Source: Penicillus capitatus (lineage: Eukaryota; Plantae; Chlorophyta). From it: a DNA stretch of 64,000 nt. Positions 11,539 to 24,482 of the stretch are shown here, in pieces. The stretch covers positions 203,311-267,310 of the forward strand of contig OZ287708.1 in assembly GCA_965649825.1 (NCBI GenBank), in the 5' to 3' direction. The first letter of the stretch is position 1. Each line of letters starts with the position of its first letter. Both the position numbers and the translations under genes were made by a program. The notes beneath the pieces are model-generated. The model made no database searches and was not told the DNA's origin. It saw only the letters and a program-made list of their open reading frames with translations.

Positions 11539-12522
11539 ATGGCCAAGACATTTGCCATCTCTATCCCGCGACCTTCCCAAGTCCAGGGAACAAAGACAAG
11601 GCGAACGGATGTTCGACCCAGTCGACAGCCTATGTATCGACGGCCGGGCCGCCAATCGATGACGGTCGTCGCTCTTCGTCACAATTCGACGTCTTCAGAT
11701 GCAGATCCGCCACGAGAAAAGGCATCCAGTGTCGGCTCTGTGGGCAGAGAGCTGGAGCAGATGGTGCGTGTTCCACCTCTGTCCTTCCCTTCGTTGCGGC
11801 AATGGGCTCAGCGTTTGAACCCAGACATATGGGTCCCCCTCATGACACTTGTCGGATTCTCAGCGACAACTTTTCTCGTATTTGCAGCAGAACCAACAAA
11901 TTTCTTGCTGTTCTTTGATCACAGTGTCCAGAACTGGACGGTCTCGACCATTCCATCCTCCATTCGCTATACCGTTTTCCAAAAGGGTATCTCCAACATC
12001 TTTTTTGTCTTTGACTTTGTCGTCGGCTCTTCATTGATCTTCATCCATGGACTTGGAAAGAGAAAAAAGGAATTGGCATTGACTGGATTCTCAGCTTTGT
12101 TTTTCTACGTTCTCATGGGTTCTCATAACTATGAGGGATGGGTGATCCATTTCCTCAAAGAAACCTTCCATCGATGTCGTCCACAAAGTGGCATGATTTC
12201 TTATTCTTTTCCAAGTGGACATGTCACCTGTGCCGTTTTCTTAACGGGAACACTGCTCTATGTCTGGCTGCCTGCCGCAGAGCGAAGTCTCAACACAGAT
12301 TCCCCTTCATTCGTTCGACGGTATGTGGAAGTGCTAAGGTCGGGCATGGGAAACAAAATGCTGTTTTGGGGACTGAGCTATTTGTGCACTTCGATCGGTC
12401 GGGTGGGAGGAAATGTGCATTGGGTGTCGGATACAGTAGCAGGTGGCTTAGTCGGAATGGCACTCACCTCTCTTCTCGTCTCATCCTATACAGCCCTGTA
12501 CAACCGCATAGACAAAGTTTAA
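11539..12522 (+). CDS. PAP2-family lipid phosphate phosphatase, intronless
   Basis: All three PAP2 motifs are present: KETFHRCRP, SFPSGH, GRVGGNVHWVSD. Hydrophobic helices and a Ser/Arg-rich N-terminal extension. Confidence 0.9.
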   Translation: MAKTFAISIPRPSQVQGTKTRRTDVRPSRQPMYRRPGRQSMTVVALRHNSTSSDADPPREKASSVGSVGRELEQMVRVPPLSFPSLRQWAQRLNPDIWVPLMTLVGFSATTFLVFAAEPTNFLLFFDHSVQNWTVSTIPSSIRYTVFQKGISNIFFVFDFVVGSSLIFIHGLGKRKKELALTGFSALFFYVLMGSHNYEGWVIHFLKETFHRCRPQSGMISYSFPSGHVTCAVFLTGTLLYVWLPAAERSLNTDSPSFVRRYVEVLRSGMGNKMLFWGLSYLCTSIGRVGGNVHWVSDTVAGGLVGMALTSLLVSSYTALYNRIDKV

Positions 12523-12675
12523 CACCCGATTCTACGAACAGCCCCTATTCCTAAACCCGAACGAAATCTCAAGCATATGTCACAAAACGGACAAAATCAT
12601 AAAACAGCGAAAAAACAGAAGCGGTCATGACAGGAAAAGAGAAAGAATGAACACAAGTGTCTGCCGAGTGTTGGA

Positions 12676-15408
12676 CTAGGCTCTGGAAGCGGGGAGGTAC
12701 TCCCTCTTCGTGAATTTTCCGTTTAGACTCTTGAGGGCACTCATTAACTTGTTGGTATCGTTCACCAACTCTTGCATCTCATTCCAGTCGAGCTGAAAAG
12801 CTGGATGTCGATATTTGTCCATTTCATCTCGCTCTTCTTCCCTTTCTCCTTCGATCTCCTCCTGACGATCGGCAACATCGAGATCATGCGCCGCTCTGAG
12901 GGAGAGGATTCTGAGCGGTTTGTCGTAGAGGTGATGAACGAGAATTCTGAAAAAGAGTGTGAGGAAAGGCAGTGGAATGAGCAGTGCAGAATAAGGGAAT
13001 CTCTTGATCGCGAATAGGCCGATCATCATAGACTGCATGACGACCAACCCCCCTATCACATGTTCAAATATATGCTCCCAGAGCTTGCCACCACTTTGAT
13101 ATTCCTCTGAATAGATATACAACATGTTGTAAGTCCATGTCAGCTTCATTGCCAGGAAGTACGCCAACGTGACTGGCAGAACGATGGGATTGACAACGGA
13201 GAAGGCCAGACCCAACAGAATGGTAAGTGTATGATTTGGCACTTCTACGCCGTACTCCATCGTCTGGTGTTTCCAGATTCGGGCCTTGGCGCGTTCCGTT
13301 CCAGCAAACCTGCCCATGAGCCATAGCTGTATCAAATTCACAAGGTTCAGAAAGCTGATGCCTCCTTCGAGTAAACCGGTGTAGAGAATGTAAGAAATGA
13401 AAAACGTGGCAGACTGCGGTGCAGCGACACCCAGGATATCTCGAATGGAGCTTGGATTGTCTCGGATCTCTTGGATCTGGGTCAAAAGGGAACTGGCAAT
13501 GAAGCTAAAGAAAAAGACAGTGATTGTTTGGAAGACAAAGTACTTTCGCACAACCCCGAAATCGATCTCGCTCAAACTGATCATACCCTGCGCACGATTC
13601 ATGTGCTTCAGCAGAGAAGGCAGAAAAGCCAAGAAGAGCTTTAGAGCCAGATTGGGCACAACAGCCTTCAAGATTCCATTGATCAATGGAAAAGTGACGA
13701 TCGAGCCGATGACGGGGTATCGTTCCAGACGATCCATTTGGATGAGGCCCTGGACGAAAGTGACAGGCACGATGAAGAAGAGACAGAGACAGGTAAAACT
13801 GATCCATGCTGCCAGCAACCGCACAGTGCGTTCCCATCCTCTCAGTTTCAGATTCTCCCAGATCAGTTCTTCCGGATGCGGTGCTGCCTGAACATTCCAA
13901 AACGTCGGGAAATGATGATGGAAGGCCGTTGCTGCGATCGTCTGCGCCCATCTACTGCGAAATGTCACGAAGGCAGCCGGGACGTGCCATTGCGTCATGG
14001 CAAACCTCTCTTCCGTCATACGAATCTTCAGCGACTGCAGTTTCAGGACAAAGTACTCAAGTAGATCGACCTCCAGAGGTTTTGATCCAAAAGCTTCGAC
14101 AGCCCAGCTGCCTTCCAGCAATGGCACAATTCTCTTCTTGATGATATCGACGTCAATGATCCCTTCGTTAAGTTTTGAAACATAGTGGTCTATCAAATCC
14201 TCCAGCTTCTCCGTTATCTTGTTGTAGTCGGAGAAGAGTTTCTCCAAAGTGGTCGTGTCATAAATGACGTTGGCACATTTGACGAGTCCATTGGGATAGA
14301 CATCACGAAACTGTTTGAGGACAATCTCTTCCAGACGTGCACCGTTTGCAAGTTGCGATGTGACCCACGTTACTGGATCCATGTCTGTCACATCACAGGG
14401 ATTCACCCACTTCGTTCCAGCTTCTGCAATACATACATTCATTGAGTCCCGACGACAGACATTTCCTAACAACGCCATGTTCTTGGTCTTTCTGAGCGAC
14501 ACTCTCTTTGTCGTTTGCTGCAGCTGATCTCCGACCGTCTGGGCCAATTGTGTCGAAATCTGATTCACTTGTGAGATCCCTTGTGTCGCAACGGAGAAAA
14601 GCAATTCGATGGAAGATTCGACACGGGCACGGAGACGTTTGGGTAGATACTTGAACAGTACAGATCGCATTAACCGATCCAATGGCGATCCAAATCTCAA
14701 TCCTGGCACATCTGTGACCAATACGGTATGCGCCTCGGCACCGTTCTCCGTTGTGGCCAGAAATCGAATTCTGAGATCCATGGCATCGTGATGATACGTC
14801 CACAGAAGCTTCAGCGTGTACAGTGTGATAAACCAGACGGACAGGAGATGAGCCCAGAGGCGATTGGAACCGGGTTTGATATTCGCCATCGACAGTTTAT
14901 CGAAGGATCCAATCTTATAGCTCACCGACTCGGCATCGCCAAAATCGGTTGCCTCGAACTGAGTGTCATTCACGGCCGTTGGATCGTTCTCTCGTATCTC
15001 CATCAATTCCTCTTTCGTCAGTTGTCCAGCCTCGAGGCGTTCCAGAATATCTACGCGTTCATCGGTGAGATTCACAGGCAAAACGATGAGCAGATTGAAG
15101 AGGGACAGGACGACGAAGAGTCGAATGCCGAAGGAAAAGAGGCGGAGATAGACGGCAGCATCGTATCCGGCTGTCTTGATGATGTCCTCTTCGGTAAAGG
15201 AGAAGAGAGGACGCACCCAGCCGAGAAAGTAGGTATCGGGGAGTTGCTTCGGCCGCATGTATTTTGGATGGTCGACATAGCGTTTGGGCGCATAGATCTT
15301 CTTTGTGTACTGCGACCGTCTGAGCACGTTGAAAGCGAAAAGACATCCGACGAATCCCGCCAGGTCCCATGCAACTGTGACACTGAACGAGGCAAATGTC
15401 GTCGCCAT
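12676..15408 (-). CDS. OSCA: OSCA/ERD4 (CSC1-like) calcium-permeable mechanosensitive channel, intronless, ~910 aa
   Basis: IYAPKR, AGYDAAVYLRLF, AAFVTFRSRW, APHPEELIWENL, YGVEVPNHTLTILLGLAFSVVNP, YQSGGKLW, and many transmembrane segments. The ORF track starts at a TTG; the first ATG is 15408. Confidence 0.95.
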   Translation of the reverse strand: MATTFASFSVTVAWDLAGFVGCLFAFNVLRRSQYTKKIYAPKRYVDHPKYMRPKQLPDTYFLGWVRPLFSFTEEDIIKTAGYDAAVYLRLFSFGIRLFVVLSLFNLLIVLPVNLTDERVDILERLEAGQLTKEELMEIRENDPTAVNDTQFEATDFGDAESVSYKIGSFDKLSMANIKPGSNRLWAHLLSVWFITLYTLKLLWTYHHDAMDLRIRFLATTENGAEAHTVLVTDVPGLRFGSPLDRLMRSVLFKYLPKRLRARVESSIELLFSVATQGISQVNQISTQLAQTVGDQLQQTTKRVSLRKTKNMALLGNVCRRDSMNVCIAEAGTKWVNPCDVTDMDPVTWVTSQLANGARLEEIVLKQFRDVYPNGLVKCANVIYDTTTLEKLFSDYNKITEKLEDLIDHYVSKLNEGIIDVDIIKKRIVPLLEGSWAVEAFGSKPLEVDLLEYFVLKLQSLKIRMTEERFAMTQWHVPAAFVTFRSRWAQTIAATAFHHHFPTFWNVQAAPHPEELIWENLKLRGWERTVRLLAAWISFTCLCLFFIVPVTFVQGLIQMDRLERYPVIGSIVTFPLINGILKAVVPNLALKLFLAFLPSLLKHMNRAQGMISLSEIDFGVVRKYFVFQTITVFFFSFIASSLLTQIQEIRDNPSSIRDILGVAAPQSATFFISYILYTGLLEGGISFLNLVNLIQLWLMGRFAGTERAKARIWKHQTMEYGVEVPNHTLTILLGLAFSVVNPIVLPVTLAYFLAMKLTWTYNMLYIYSEEYQSGGKLWEHIFEHVIGGLVVMQSMMIGLFAIKRFPYSALLIPLPFLTLFFRILVHHLYDKPLRILSLRAAHDLDVADRQEEIEGEREEERDEMDKYRHPAFQLDWNEMQELVNDTNKLMSALKSLNGKFTKREYLPASRA

Positions 15409-15977
15409 ATCGCAGGTCGAAGTCAAAGAACAGGCTTCGGGTGCGAGTTGACTCTGCGATTGATGTGATTGCGAGGTCTCTTCGTCGTCACGTCGCAAGG
15501 ATACGTCCCGTCATTTCCAGAGGCGACCTGTCGGAAACGAGATCGGTGCGATGTTGTTAGCCAAGGCAAGGCGAAATGCACATGCGAACGTGGAAGCTCA
15601 AATTCGCAGCCGTTTGTCGAGTGATCATCTGATGTGACGTATATGATGACATGCTATGAGGCGAAAGCTAAGCGCGAAGGATTCCTCTAGCGGCATTCCT
15701 TGCTTCGCCTCGTCGCTCTTTAGAACTGACTGCATCTGCAATGCCATACACGAGCACCCGTGCTTCCTATCCACCTGTCTCGCTCGGAAGACCGAAAAGA
15801 AAGACGATGAAACGGGACATCCATTAATCTGGATGCGTGGACTTGAGGTCTGACCAATTTTGCATTCGGAGATGTGACGTGTCGCCCGTTCGCCTGACGA
15901 AAGAAAGAGCGAAAGGGCGTCGTCGTTCTGATCGTCCTTGATCCGTGTCGATGACGAGGCGACCAAAAAGTGAAAGA

Positions 15978-16049
15978 AGGGGACTAGCGGATTCGAACCA
16001 CTGGCCTATCGATCTGCAGTCGATTGCTCTACCACTGAGCTAAATCCCC
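15978..16049 (-). tRNA. trnC-GCA: tRNA-Cys (GCA)
   Basis: GGGGATT-TA-GCTCAGTGGTAGAGC-A-ATCGA-CTGCAGA-TCGAT-AGGCC-AGTGGTTCGAATCCGCT-AGTCCCC-T folds as a full cloverleaf with a U73 discriminator and a T-run downstream. Confidence 0.97.
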
Positions 16050-16162
16050 AATGACGACAGTTTTGGCATTCCGCTTTACGTACGATCGATCCTATTGGCC
16101 CGACAGCTCTTCTCGTTGTCGGACCATTCCTGTGTCAACGTGTTCCGTTTCTGCTTTCCAAA

Positions 16163-16603
16163 ATGTCGAACGAATGTCTCCGGCAACTCAAAATCAAAAC
16201 AGCGAGCGTGCATCGCATTCGCAAGGAACTGGCTTTCTATGAAGAAGACGCCGTTCGAGAACAAAAGCGCTTCGAAAAACTGAAAGCTGATGGGGTTGAC
16301 CATCACGACCTCCAACAAGCTGTCTGTTCTGCGCCGCCGTGCCACCTACGCTCGCGAAACGGATGCTTATAGGAAAATGTGCTTACGGAGGCAAAGGCCA
16401 TGATTCCAGATTCAAAGCAACGTTTGGATTCCGCCATCCGCGACCTCAAAAACTTCCTGGTCAATCTGTTCTCCAATTTAAAAGCCAAAAACATGAACGC
16501 CGGCGATTGCGTACAGGCTCAGGAGTCAGAAGATCTCGAAGAAACCGAGGCCTTTACAAAAGCGCATGCGTTGTTGACAGAAGTGCAGCCTCTTGTCGTG
16601 TAG
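16163..16603 (+). CDS. TBCA: Tubulin-folding cofactor A, 3 exons
   Basis: LRQLKIKTASVHRIRKELAFYEED...DLQQA / ENVLTEAKAMIPDSKQRLDSA..., joined by two short GT-AG introns. Confidence 0.93.
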
Positions 16604-16682
16604 AGGACGGACAGACAGACAATGTACTGTTATGGCTCACTGTAAAACACGAGAGCATTTGTGTAAGTAGAGAGAAGATTGA

Positions 16683-19600
16683 TCAGGGTCCCAATTCTTT
16701 GTCCTTTCTCTTCACCATTTTGAGCAGTGCCTCATGGGAAAACTCGGATTCCGGTTGGGCAGGATCGTTATGCAACATGCGAAAGACCAGATCCAAAAAG
16801 ATCTCCAGTTTCGCGCCGAGTGGTGTATCTTCCTCCCGATCGGACGATACGTCGAATTCTTCGATCGCTCCATCGCGTCCGCGATACCAATCCATGATAT
16901 CGCGGAAGCCGCTTCGATCGAGTTCGTATCGATTCGGCAGCGCTTTTCGATCGGCTACACGGGCAAGAGCCTCTAGGAAGTCGATAAAGCTCAGGCTCTC
17001 ATATCGGATGTAGTCTTTGATCTCATCTTGCACCCACATCCGACTCCTGAGATAGCACAGCTGCGCATCCTACGGCACAGATGATCATGAAGATCATTTA
17101 TTCATTCTGAGCGATGGGTCTCAATGTATGCACGCACCAGAAGAGTGAACTGCGCGTCAATGAGTCGGCAATCTTCCATCAGGAGCAGCCAGCCGTCCAC
17201 TTTCATGACCTTGTACCGCAATCCACCACTTACAGGTTTTGTCCTGTATCGACGGTAGATGGCTTTCAGTAGACTCGAGTGTTTCTTCAGGAGGAGATCC
17301 ACGTCTTCACAATAAAGGCGGTTGTGTCGGAAATCGTTATGCGCCATGCGCATAGATGGCGCCACGCTCTTTTCGACTCTCTCGACGAAGAAACGATCCA
17401 CAGCTTCGACCACATCCACGACATCGCCATTCTTGATGTACTTCAGAATCGCTGTAAAGGACAGACGTACGAAGTTGATCCGAATCTGAATGTGAATGCG
17501 TGAGATAGATGCCTACCGATGCGGACGATGGCCTCCATGAACTCGAATCGCATCAATGCTTGCTCGTTGTTGTGTACGTTGTCTGCCGATTTCTTGTCTG
17601 CCACAAAATTGGCCACGATGAAGACCGTATCGCAATCGCTTCTCTTAGTCGCCGCATCGACGATCGCACATTCGTCCAGAAATGCAGTGAACGCGTTCAA
17701 AGAGAGGTGAAAGAGATCGCCGCTGCCAGTGGCTGCGAAATAGACAAAGGACGAGCAGAGCGTCCAGTAGTGCTTCTTCAGACAATCGTGCAACGCCGAG
17801 ATGACTGTCTTTTCGTTGGCGGCGCCGTCTTCCAGCGCCTTGATCTCTCGAGAGAGCATCGAAACGAACTTCTCTTTTCCGGTGCATCGCTGCCAATCCT
17901 TCTCAAAACTGTTTTGCAAGACCTATCATCGACACAACGCCCGCTCACATAGGAAGGACCATGTAGAGAGGCGAGCCTTTGGTGTGTCGAAGAAATCGCG
18001 TGCGTCGGCTTCGCGCGTTCTCGGTTTGAAGATGGACGTCGGCAGCGACCATGGTTCTTTGCTGGGTGCTCGATCGAGCCGTTCCACCGTCGTCGTTGTA
18101 CGCGTCTCCTGAACGGCTGTCGCCTCGAGACAGATTCGCACATTATGCTCTCGGAGATCGCTGAAGGTGTCCGCATCGAAACTCTCTGGAGATTTCACAG
18201 GAAGGCTGTGTTTCGTCGGTAACGGAACGAGTCGCGGCACAGGTCTGTGCGGCACGAAAACGACTCCAGTTCCCGGTGGCTTTGCGATAATGTCGAGAAT
18301 ATGTGTGAGGGGCATGCCCTGCTGCAGGGCCGTCGGAATCGACGTCGGTCGAGGCGGCGTCGGTAGTGGATCGAATTCTCGTTCGTTGGCGAGCGATCCA
18401 TCCGTGTAGTGATAGAAAACGGACTTTCCGCTCGGCAGTGCATAGTCTTCGAACAGACCTGCCGACACACGCGCCCCTTCCACGTGCTCAAACATCGTTA
18501 GTTGGGGTCGCTTTGCAGTTCCCTCGACGCCAAGTGTCGGTTGACCGAAACGAATCACCGTTCTTACTCTTTGCGGAGAGAGAACGACCTAGAAGCATCC
18601 ACCTCGCTGTAAGGGAAGGAGTAAAGTGAGCCGTAGGGATGCTTTGAAAGAGACGTCTGTGTTTTTGGTCTCATCTTCACAGCTTCGCAATACCATGACG
18701 GGAATCCTCCCTAGATTCCGGGCTGACGTCGAAGGACGCTTCAGCGAAAGCGTCTCCTCCAGACCAACGCCTCTGAAAGACTTTCCAGTCATGATCCTCA
18801 GAATGCGCGTACGTGTTGATGCGGATGGTTGCTGTCTGAAGGGCTTCGCAGTCACGAGCGGCGTTCGTGGCGAGCAATTTCTTTATGTTCACCGTCATGT
18901 CTGTGTTGTTCGAAGTCTGTCTGTATTCGCTGATACTCGGATTCCAGGTAGGGGATCTCACAAATGGAGAAGCGCCCCATGAATGGCACAGCGGTCGACA
19001 AAGCGTTTTCTGCAGGGCGACGTCTTTCGGGAGAGGCAAAGAGTCGCGTTCCCGTTTCCTACACACAGACACCCGATGCCTTTGCCCATACCGTGCAGAT
19101 GTGCACCTACACTGCGTCCGATCTCACAGGTGGAGGCATCGGCATCTCGGGTCGCTGTTTCTCTCGGGAAACTTCTCTTAAATCGGTAATCCATTGGCGA
19201 AACGCATCGCCGAGTCCATCTCCTTTGTGATGCAATTCCTTGTCTACATACAAACATGGGGCGTCCACTGCCCTCTACAGATGTAGAGAATAATAGCACC
19301 TTTTGAATCCGTCGATCTCTGCGTCTTCGGATCTTCGTTGTCGGAAGAGATCGCGTGAAGCGGAGGCGGCGGCGGCGGAAAATAGAACTTTGGTCTGGGC
19401 GCTCTGCACTCTTCTCTCTCTTTCGCGTCCTCGGATCGATCTTCTTGATTGAAAGAGGCCTTGGATCCGTAGAGCTCGGCCTTGTACAGTCTGCAAAGAA
19501 ACAGTCCATCCGATTGCTTAATCGAAACGCATTAAACGATACCGCGTCCTGTTCGCTTGATTCCGGGATACATTATGCAACACCGCGCTGCACAAGTGCA

Positions 19601-22600
19601 TAAGCATCTGCGTGTCGACCGCATCCGATTTTGGCGTCCGGCTGAACAGAGAATTGGCGATCAGGATTGTTTTCAATCCATGACGTCCGATTGTCTCCTG
19701 AACACCGCCGCGTTGTTGCAAGCCATCTCTTTGCTTTCGAGATTACTTGATTGCGTTCCAGAACGGATAGATTGAGCAAAGCGACGAGCACGGCTTCGTA
19801 TGTCTCCACGACTGCAGAGACAGTACGCATATCACGTTCATACTCTGCTGGGGGAGGCATCCCATCATCCTTCGTTGAAGGTTGTGCCCCTTCCTGCACA
19901 TCCCAACAGCTTAGGCGGCAAAACCTAAAAAAGTGCTCAAGCAACGATCTCCAAGAGCAGAACGTATTTTAGTTTGTGCCTTCGGTTCAGTCGTCGTAGC
20001 AAAGAGCAGAGCGCCTCTGTGCCTCCACGTTCGGCGACGATTGCCTTGCACTGGAAGGCGTAGTGTTTGGCGTGAAAACAGTCGAACGGTATCAAGAAAG
20101 AGAATCGTGCCAGACCAACAGCGCCGTTCAGTTCCAACAATGGCGCCTCCGTTCGAATGGCTTTGATCAGGGTCTCGACAATGTCACCGAATTCGATAAA
20201 CGCCGAGCAAGAACAACACTCAAGGAAGCTTTGAAGCAACCCTGTGGCGCAGTTTCTTACCGAAACTGGCCACTCTTCACTAAACACAAGACAGCCGTGG
20301 TTGATCGATGGCTTTGCTGTATGGTCTGACCAGCGAGCAATGTTCAGCAGATATGTGCTGATTCCGGACTCGAGCAGAAAGCGTTCGGCTTTTCGGGAAC
20401 GGCTCGTTGCGTTCCACAACGTCACGCATGCCAGTTGAATCACTTTCCATGCCAGACTGCTTTGGATGCGCAGTAGTTGCGACAACACGTGCAAGGCGCG
20501 TTGCATCAAGGGCGAAATGTCTGTATCCTCTGATGTATGCTCTGGATCGGGTGCCATTGTCCACCAACAGTTCCTGTGACGGCATCGCCGCTTGGAATTC
20601 GTCGGAGGCGAATCTACCTGTCGGTATTGTATTCAAATATCTGTGACGGTTTCGGATCTGGACCGCCGTCGTCTGGTGTCATGAAGAGACAGAGACTCGC
20701 CGTCAGGAATTCAAAGAGCTTAAGAATAGAAGCATCGGGATCTTCGGGAGTCGATGCAGTCAGATCTTGCAGCCACGATTCTCCGACGGTCACCAAAGAC
20801 ATCAACCCCCACTGCCCATCGCCCTCTGCCTCAGATGCATCTGGTCGATCGCCACACATCTCTCTATCGACGTCGGCTGATCCGTCCTCTTGCTGCATGC
20901 GCTCCTCTGTGAGTTCGTGCACTTCGATGGCCGCCGCAATTCGCGTTTCGGTGTCCGTTGGCGTCACCGAATTGTCTCTTCTATCAAAAGCTTTGGCAAG
21001 AATGTTGCGATTCCCGTGACTGCGTAACAGAATCCACATTCCAGCCATGAGATACTCCAGCATTTTCAAATTCTTCGTTCGCTTCAGCAACGTCGAGAGT
21101 AGTCTGAGAGTGGATTCCTCGACCTCCTCTGCCTGCGAAGAAACAACCCTTGTGCTCTTTCTGCAGGGACTGTAAATTGTCACCATCGTCGACAAGTACA
21201 TAAAACCGATGGCTGCGGATTCTTCGACGATTGGTTTGCAAGAGGGATCTTCTGGCGGATCGGAGAGAGCAGACAGCAAGGCGTGAAACGCACCGGCATC
21301 CAACAGCTTCTTTCTGTGTGGTCCTGTCATGCACGCATCACCTTGTGCGCCAATGGGGTGACATGCAAGAAACGCAAGTCCAGCACAAGCAGCGGCAACG
21401 ACATGACCGCTCTTGGAATGCGCAGCGTCGTTTGGCGTCCCTAACAAATGGAGCAGAGCACGAATGACGCTGGATCTCTCGTCATCGACCATCTTCTGCG
21501 CACGACTCGGATGTGAACAGAATGTCGTAAGACTCGCCGTCAAGGAATGCGTCATACGCTCGAGCGAGATCTGTCAAACACGACGACTCAATGGATCGAT
21601 CTGCTCTCCGATGGATGTCAGATTCCGACGCACTTCTGCCGTTTGGCTGCCGATCACAGCGAGGTCGGCCAAGTCTTGAATCTCGTCCAAGCCAATGGCG
21701 TCCGAATCGTCTTGGGCGCAGTAGTAAGACGATCCCCATATCGCTTGTGCACATCCTTCGCACACATCAACGAGTAGCTTTGCATCGGTCTCCAAGGCAT
21801 TGCCGGATGAAGCCTTAGAGATGCCTTCGTGTTGACGCACGTCTCGCATCAACTCCTTGAGTAACGCCAAACAACATTTGAACACCAGACACGTCTCGTT
21901 TCTCTCTTGCGCCAGTTGCATAAGACAGTCATCCAGGACAAGAGTGGAAAGGATCATCGCCATGTAGAACGAGAGCACGCGTTCTTCTGAATTGTGGCTT
22001 TTCAGGATCTCGAGTACCGACAGGAGGCCGCCCGACTGGACGAGATGCATTCGGATCTCGTGATCGCGTTGGACAAGACTCGCCAACATCTTGGCACTTA
22101 TCACGCGTCTCTCGGACACCGTCACCGAATCTTCCCCTTCTTCTTGTCGACATAATCGCAGCAATGTTGTCAAATCTGGCTCGCAATCGAGTAATTGGAT
22201 ACGGCAACATCGATCAACCATCATCATCGACAGAGCGCCCAGTGCAAATTCCTTGAAGATTTTTTTTTTTCATTCATCGGAGAAACGGAATGGGGTGCTT
22301 GCTTGAAGGAGGTCCTTTTCCGGATCTGCGGAATCTTTTGCCGCAGTACGAGCCAGTTTCAGAAGCGATTGGACAGCTCCTAGAGAGGCGAGGTCTTGTC
22401 GATGTTGCCCAAATCTTGCCATGCCCCAGACAACGGCTGCAGCACATCTCGCCACCTGAGATGAAACATGGCGTTTCTTGCAAACGAAAACGACAGTCGA
22501 TCAAACCTCCTGTTTCTCAGATTCCAGTCCGTGTGCGACATGCTCCAACGTGTCCTTGCCGATCTCCTCTAAGTCGTCTCTGTCGACGACGTATTCCCAA

Positions 22601-24411
22601 AGAGCATGCATGGCTTCCGCTTCAAGCATATCATTCTTCTGGTCACACTTCGCATGTATCCATGCTAGTAGCGTCTGTCTTTGATCCGATCGTGTATATG
22701 GTATGTGGCAAACAACTTGTTGCCACTTTTCCGAATCGTCTATCTCGTAGTGCTCTCGACCGAAGGCCAGAATGAAGTTATCTGTTTCATTTTGGAGACG
22801 TTCGTCGAAGAGAGGCTGTTCGAAATGCACGTGAAGCTGCGTTCCAGCACAGACGGCTGTTCTCTTGATCGTGCGCGTCTCGTCGTCTTCGATCACGTCA
22901 ACACGATCGTTACCTGCCAACCACAGATACGTAGAGAGAACAGACAACAAACGGGATTGCGTTACCGAGCGGTGTCCACTCGTCGGCATCTTTACCAAAA
23001 AGCAGCGCCACTCCCTTGGCAAAATCGGCAGGATGGTCCGTGGCAATGACACACGAGGCTGTCGACGACGCAAAATCGTCCAGCTCCTTCTGCGCGGCTT
23101 GCCACACGTGTTGAAGATGGGCGGGTCTCAGCAAAGGGATCTGGAGAATCTAACAACGCAGAGAGCGCGAGTGATGCTCGGTACTCGACGGCAGGGCGCG
23201 ACGAACTTCATCGGAGTCCCGTAGCTGCACATCGACGACACCGTTCCACGTCATGATGGCGGCGGTGGGTGCTCTTTTCAGACACGAGACAGTTCAGACG
23301 GCACAAGGCCTCAGCATCGAAGCGCACGAAGATGTTCGAGAGTATCGCCATCATCGCTAACAAACCGACGTCATCGTATTCTGTCAGCGAACCGATCGAT
23401 AGCGAGATCGACAGAGGATGTCCCTTAGACGTAGATTGTAGTTCGTGAACATGTGCGAGACGGGGGAGTGACAGCGACAGGCACGTCGACATCTGACGCA
23501 GGAAGGACATGGTGATGACCGATGGTCGTTAAAGCGACATCTTATCTATCACCTGTGTTCTGTAGTCAGATCTGGAGAATGTCTTTGCAGATAGAGCACG
23601 TCTTGTTTAAGACAGCAAACAAGAAGAGAGTGCAACGGGATGCCATCCGACAATCGAAAGTGTATCTCTGGAGATACGTCGTCCGATGAGAGGATCGAGG
23701 ACACAACGCCTTGATCGGCATACTCAAGAAACGGCGATGGGTGCCTCTAAACCATCGCCTTCGTTTTTACGGTAGAAGGACGGTCCACTAAACCTCCGAT
23801 CTGTATCCCCTTTTTCGACAATCGTCGATCGCACGGCGAATGGCGTCAGATGGGATGACGGACCGGCAATTTAAACAGAATGGCCATTTGTCCTGCGACG
23901 ATTGTATTCTTGGACATCTGTTGTTGTTTGGATCCGTGTCCTTCTGGAAATAACGTCGTCGATGAGACGAGAGTCGATGATGGTCAGGATCTCTCTGTTT
24001 GTTGTCACCGCCCGCCATGACTTCGAACGATCCATTGGACACAGACTCCGCGTCTCCTATCGCTTTCGATATTCCTCTTCCTATAGTGTGCCCTCTCTGC
24101 TGCGATTGGACTTATGAGGTCACTGCATCGTGTATACCACCGATGCGCACGAAACAGGCCAATCGAGACGCGTTAGGTGTGTCCGAAAAAATGCTGTCCA
24201 TCCATAGAAGCTACAGTTCGCGATCGGAACGCGCCGAATCGCGAACACGACCAATCCCTTCCCGTTGCGAATTCGACAAAGGAGGAGCTTCTCTTGGTGT
24301 CTGTGGCAACACAGGAATGGTGACGTTTTCGCGGATCGTACCGCAAATGCCGTCGATCATCGAACTCAAGGTCTCCGAGACGTCAGTGCGAGATCGCTCA
24401 GCAATCTTCAT
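16683..24411 (-). CDS. Very large multi-exon ARM-repeat protein with a conserved algal C-terminal region (possibly flagellum-associated)
   Basis: Exons can be joined in frame from ~23.2 kb down to 16683: ARM-like helices (AAVVWGMAR, VAAACAGLAFLA, VLVALLNLSVLERNQ, NQANRTRLYKAEL), then LTMFEHVEGARV..., LMRFEFMEAIVRI and LSFIDFLEALARVA. The 5' end (23.2-24.4 kb) is not resolved, and the region could be two genes. Confidence 0.6.
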
Positions 24412-24482
24412 TTCGTAACGTATTCTTCATTTCTGCTTTTTCTCTGTTTCGTCGACGAGTCGTCGTTTCGACATTGGCTCCA

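Noticed and set aside
13397-15468. Plus-strand ORFs antisense to OSCA (and similar shadows over GANAB, ATG9 and WBP11)
   Set aside because: They are antisense shadows of real genes and have no motifs of their own.
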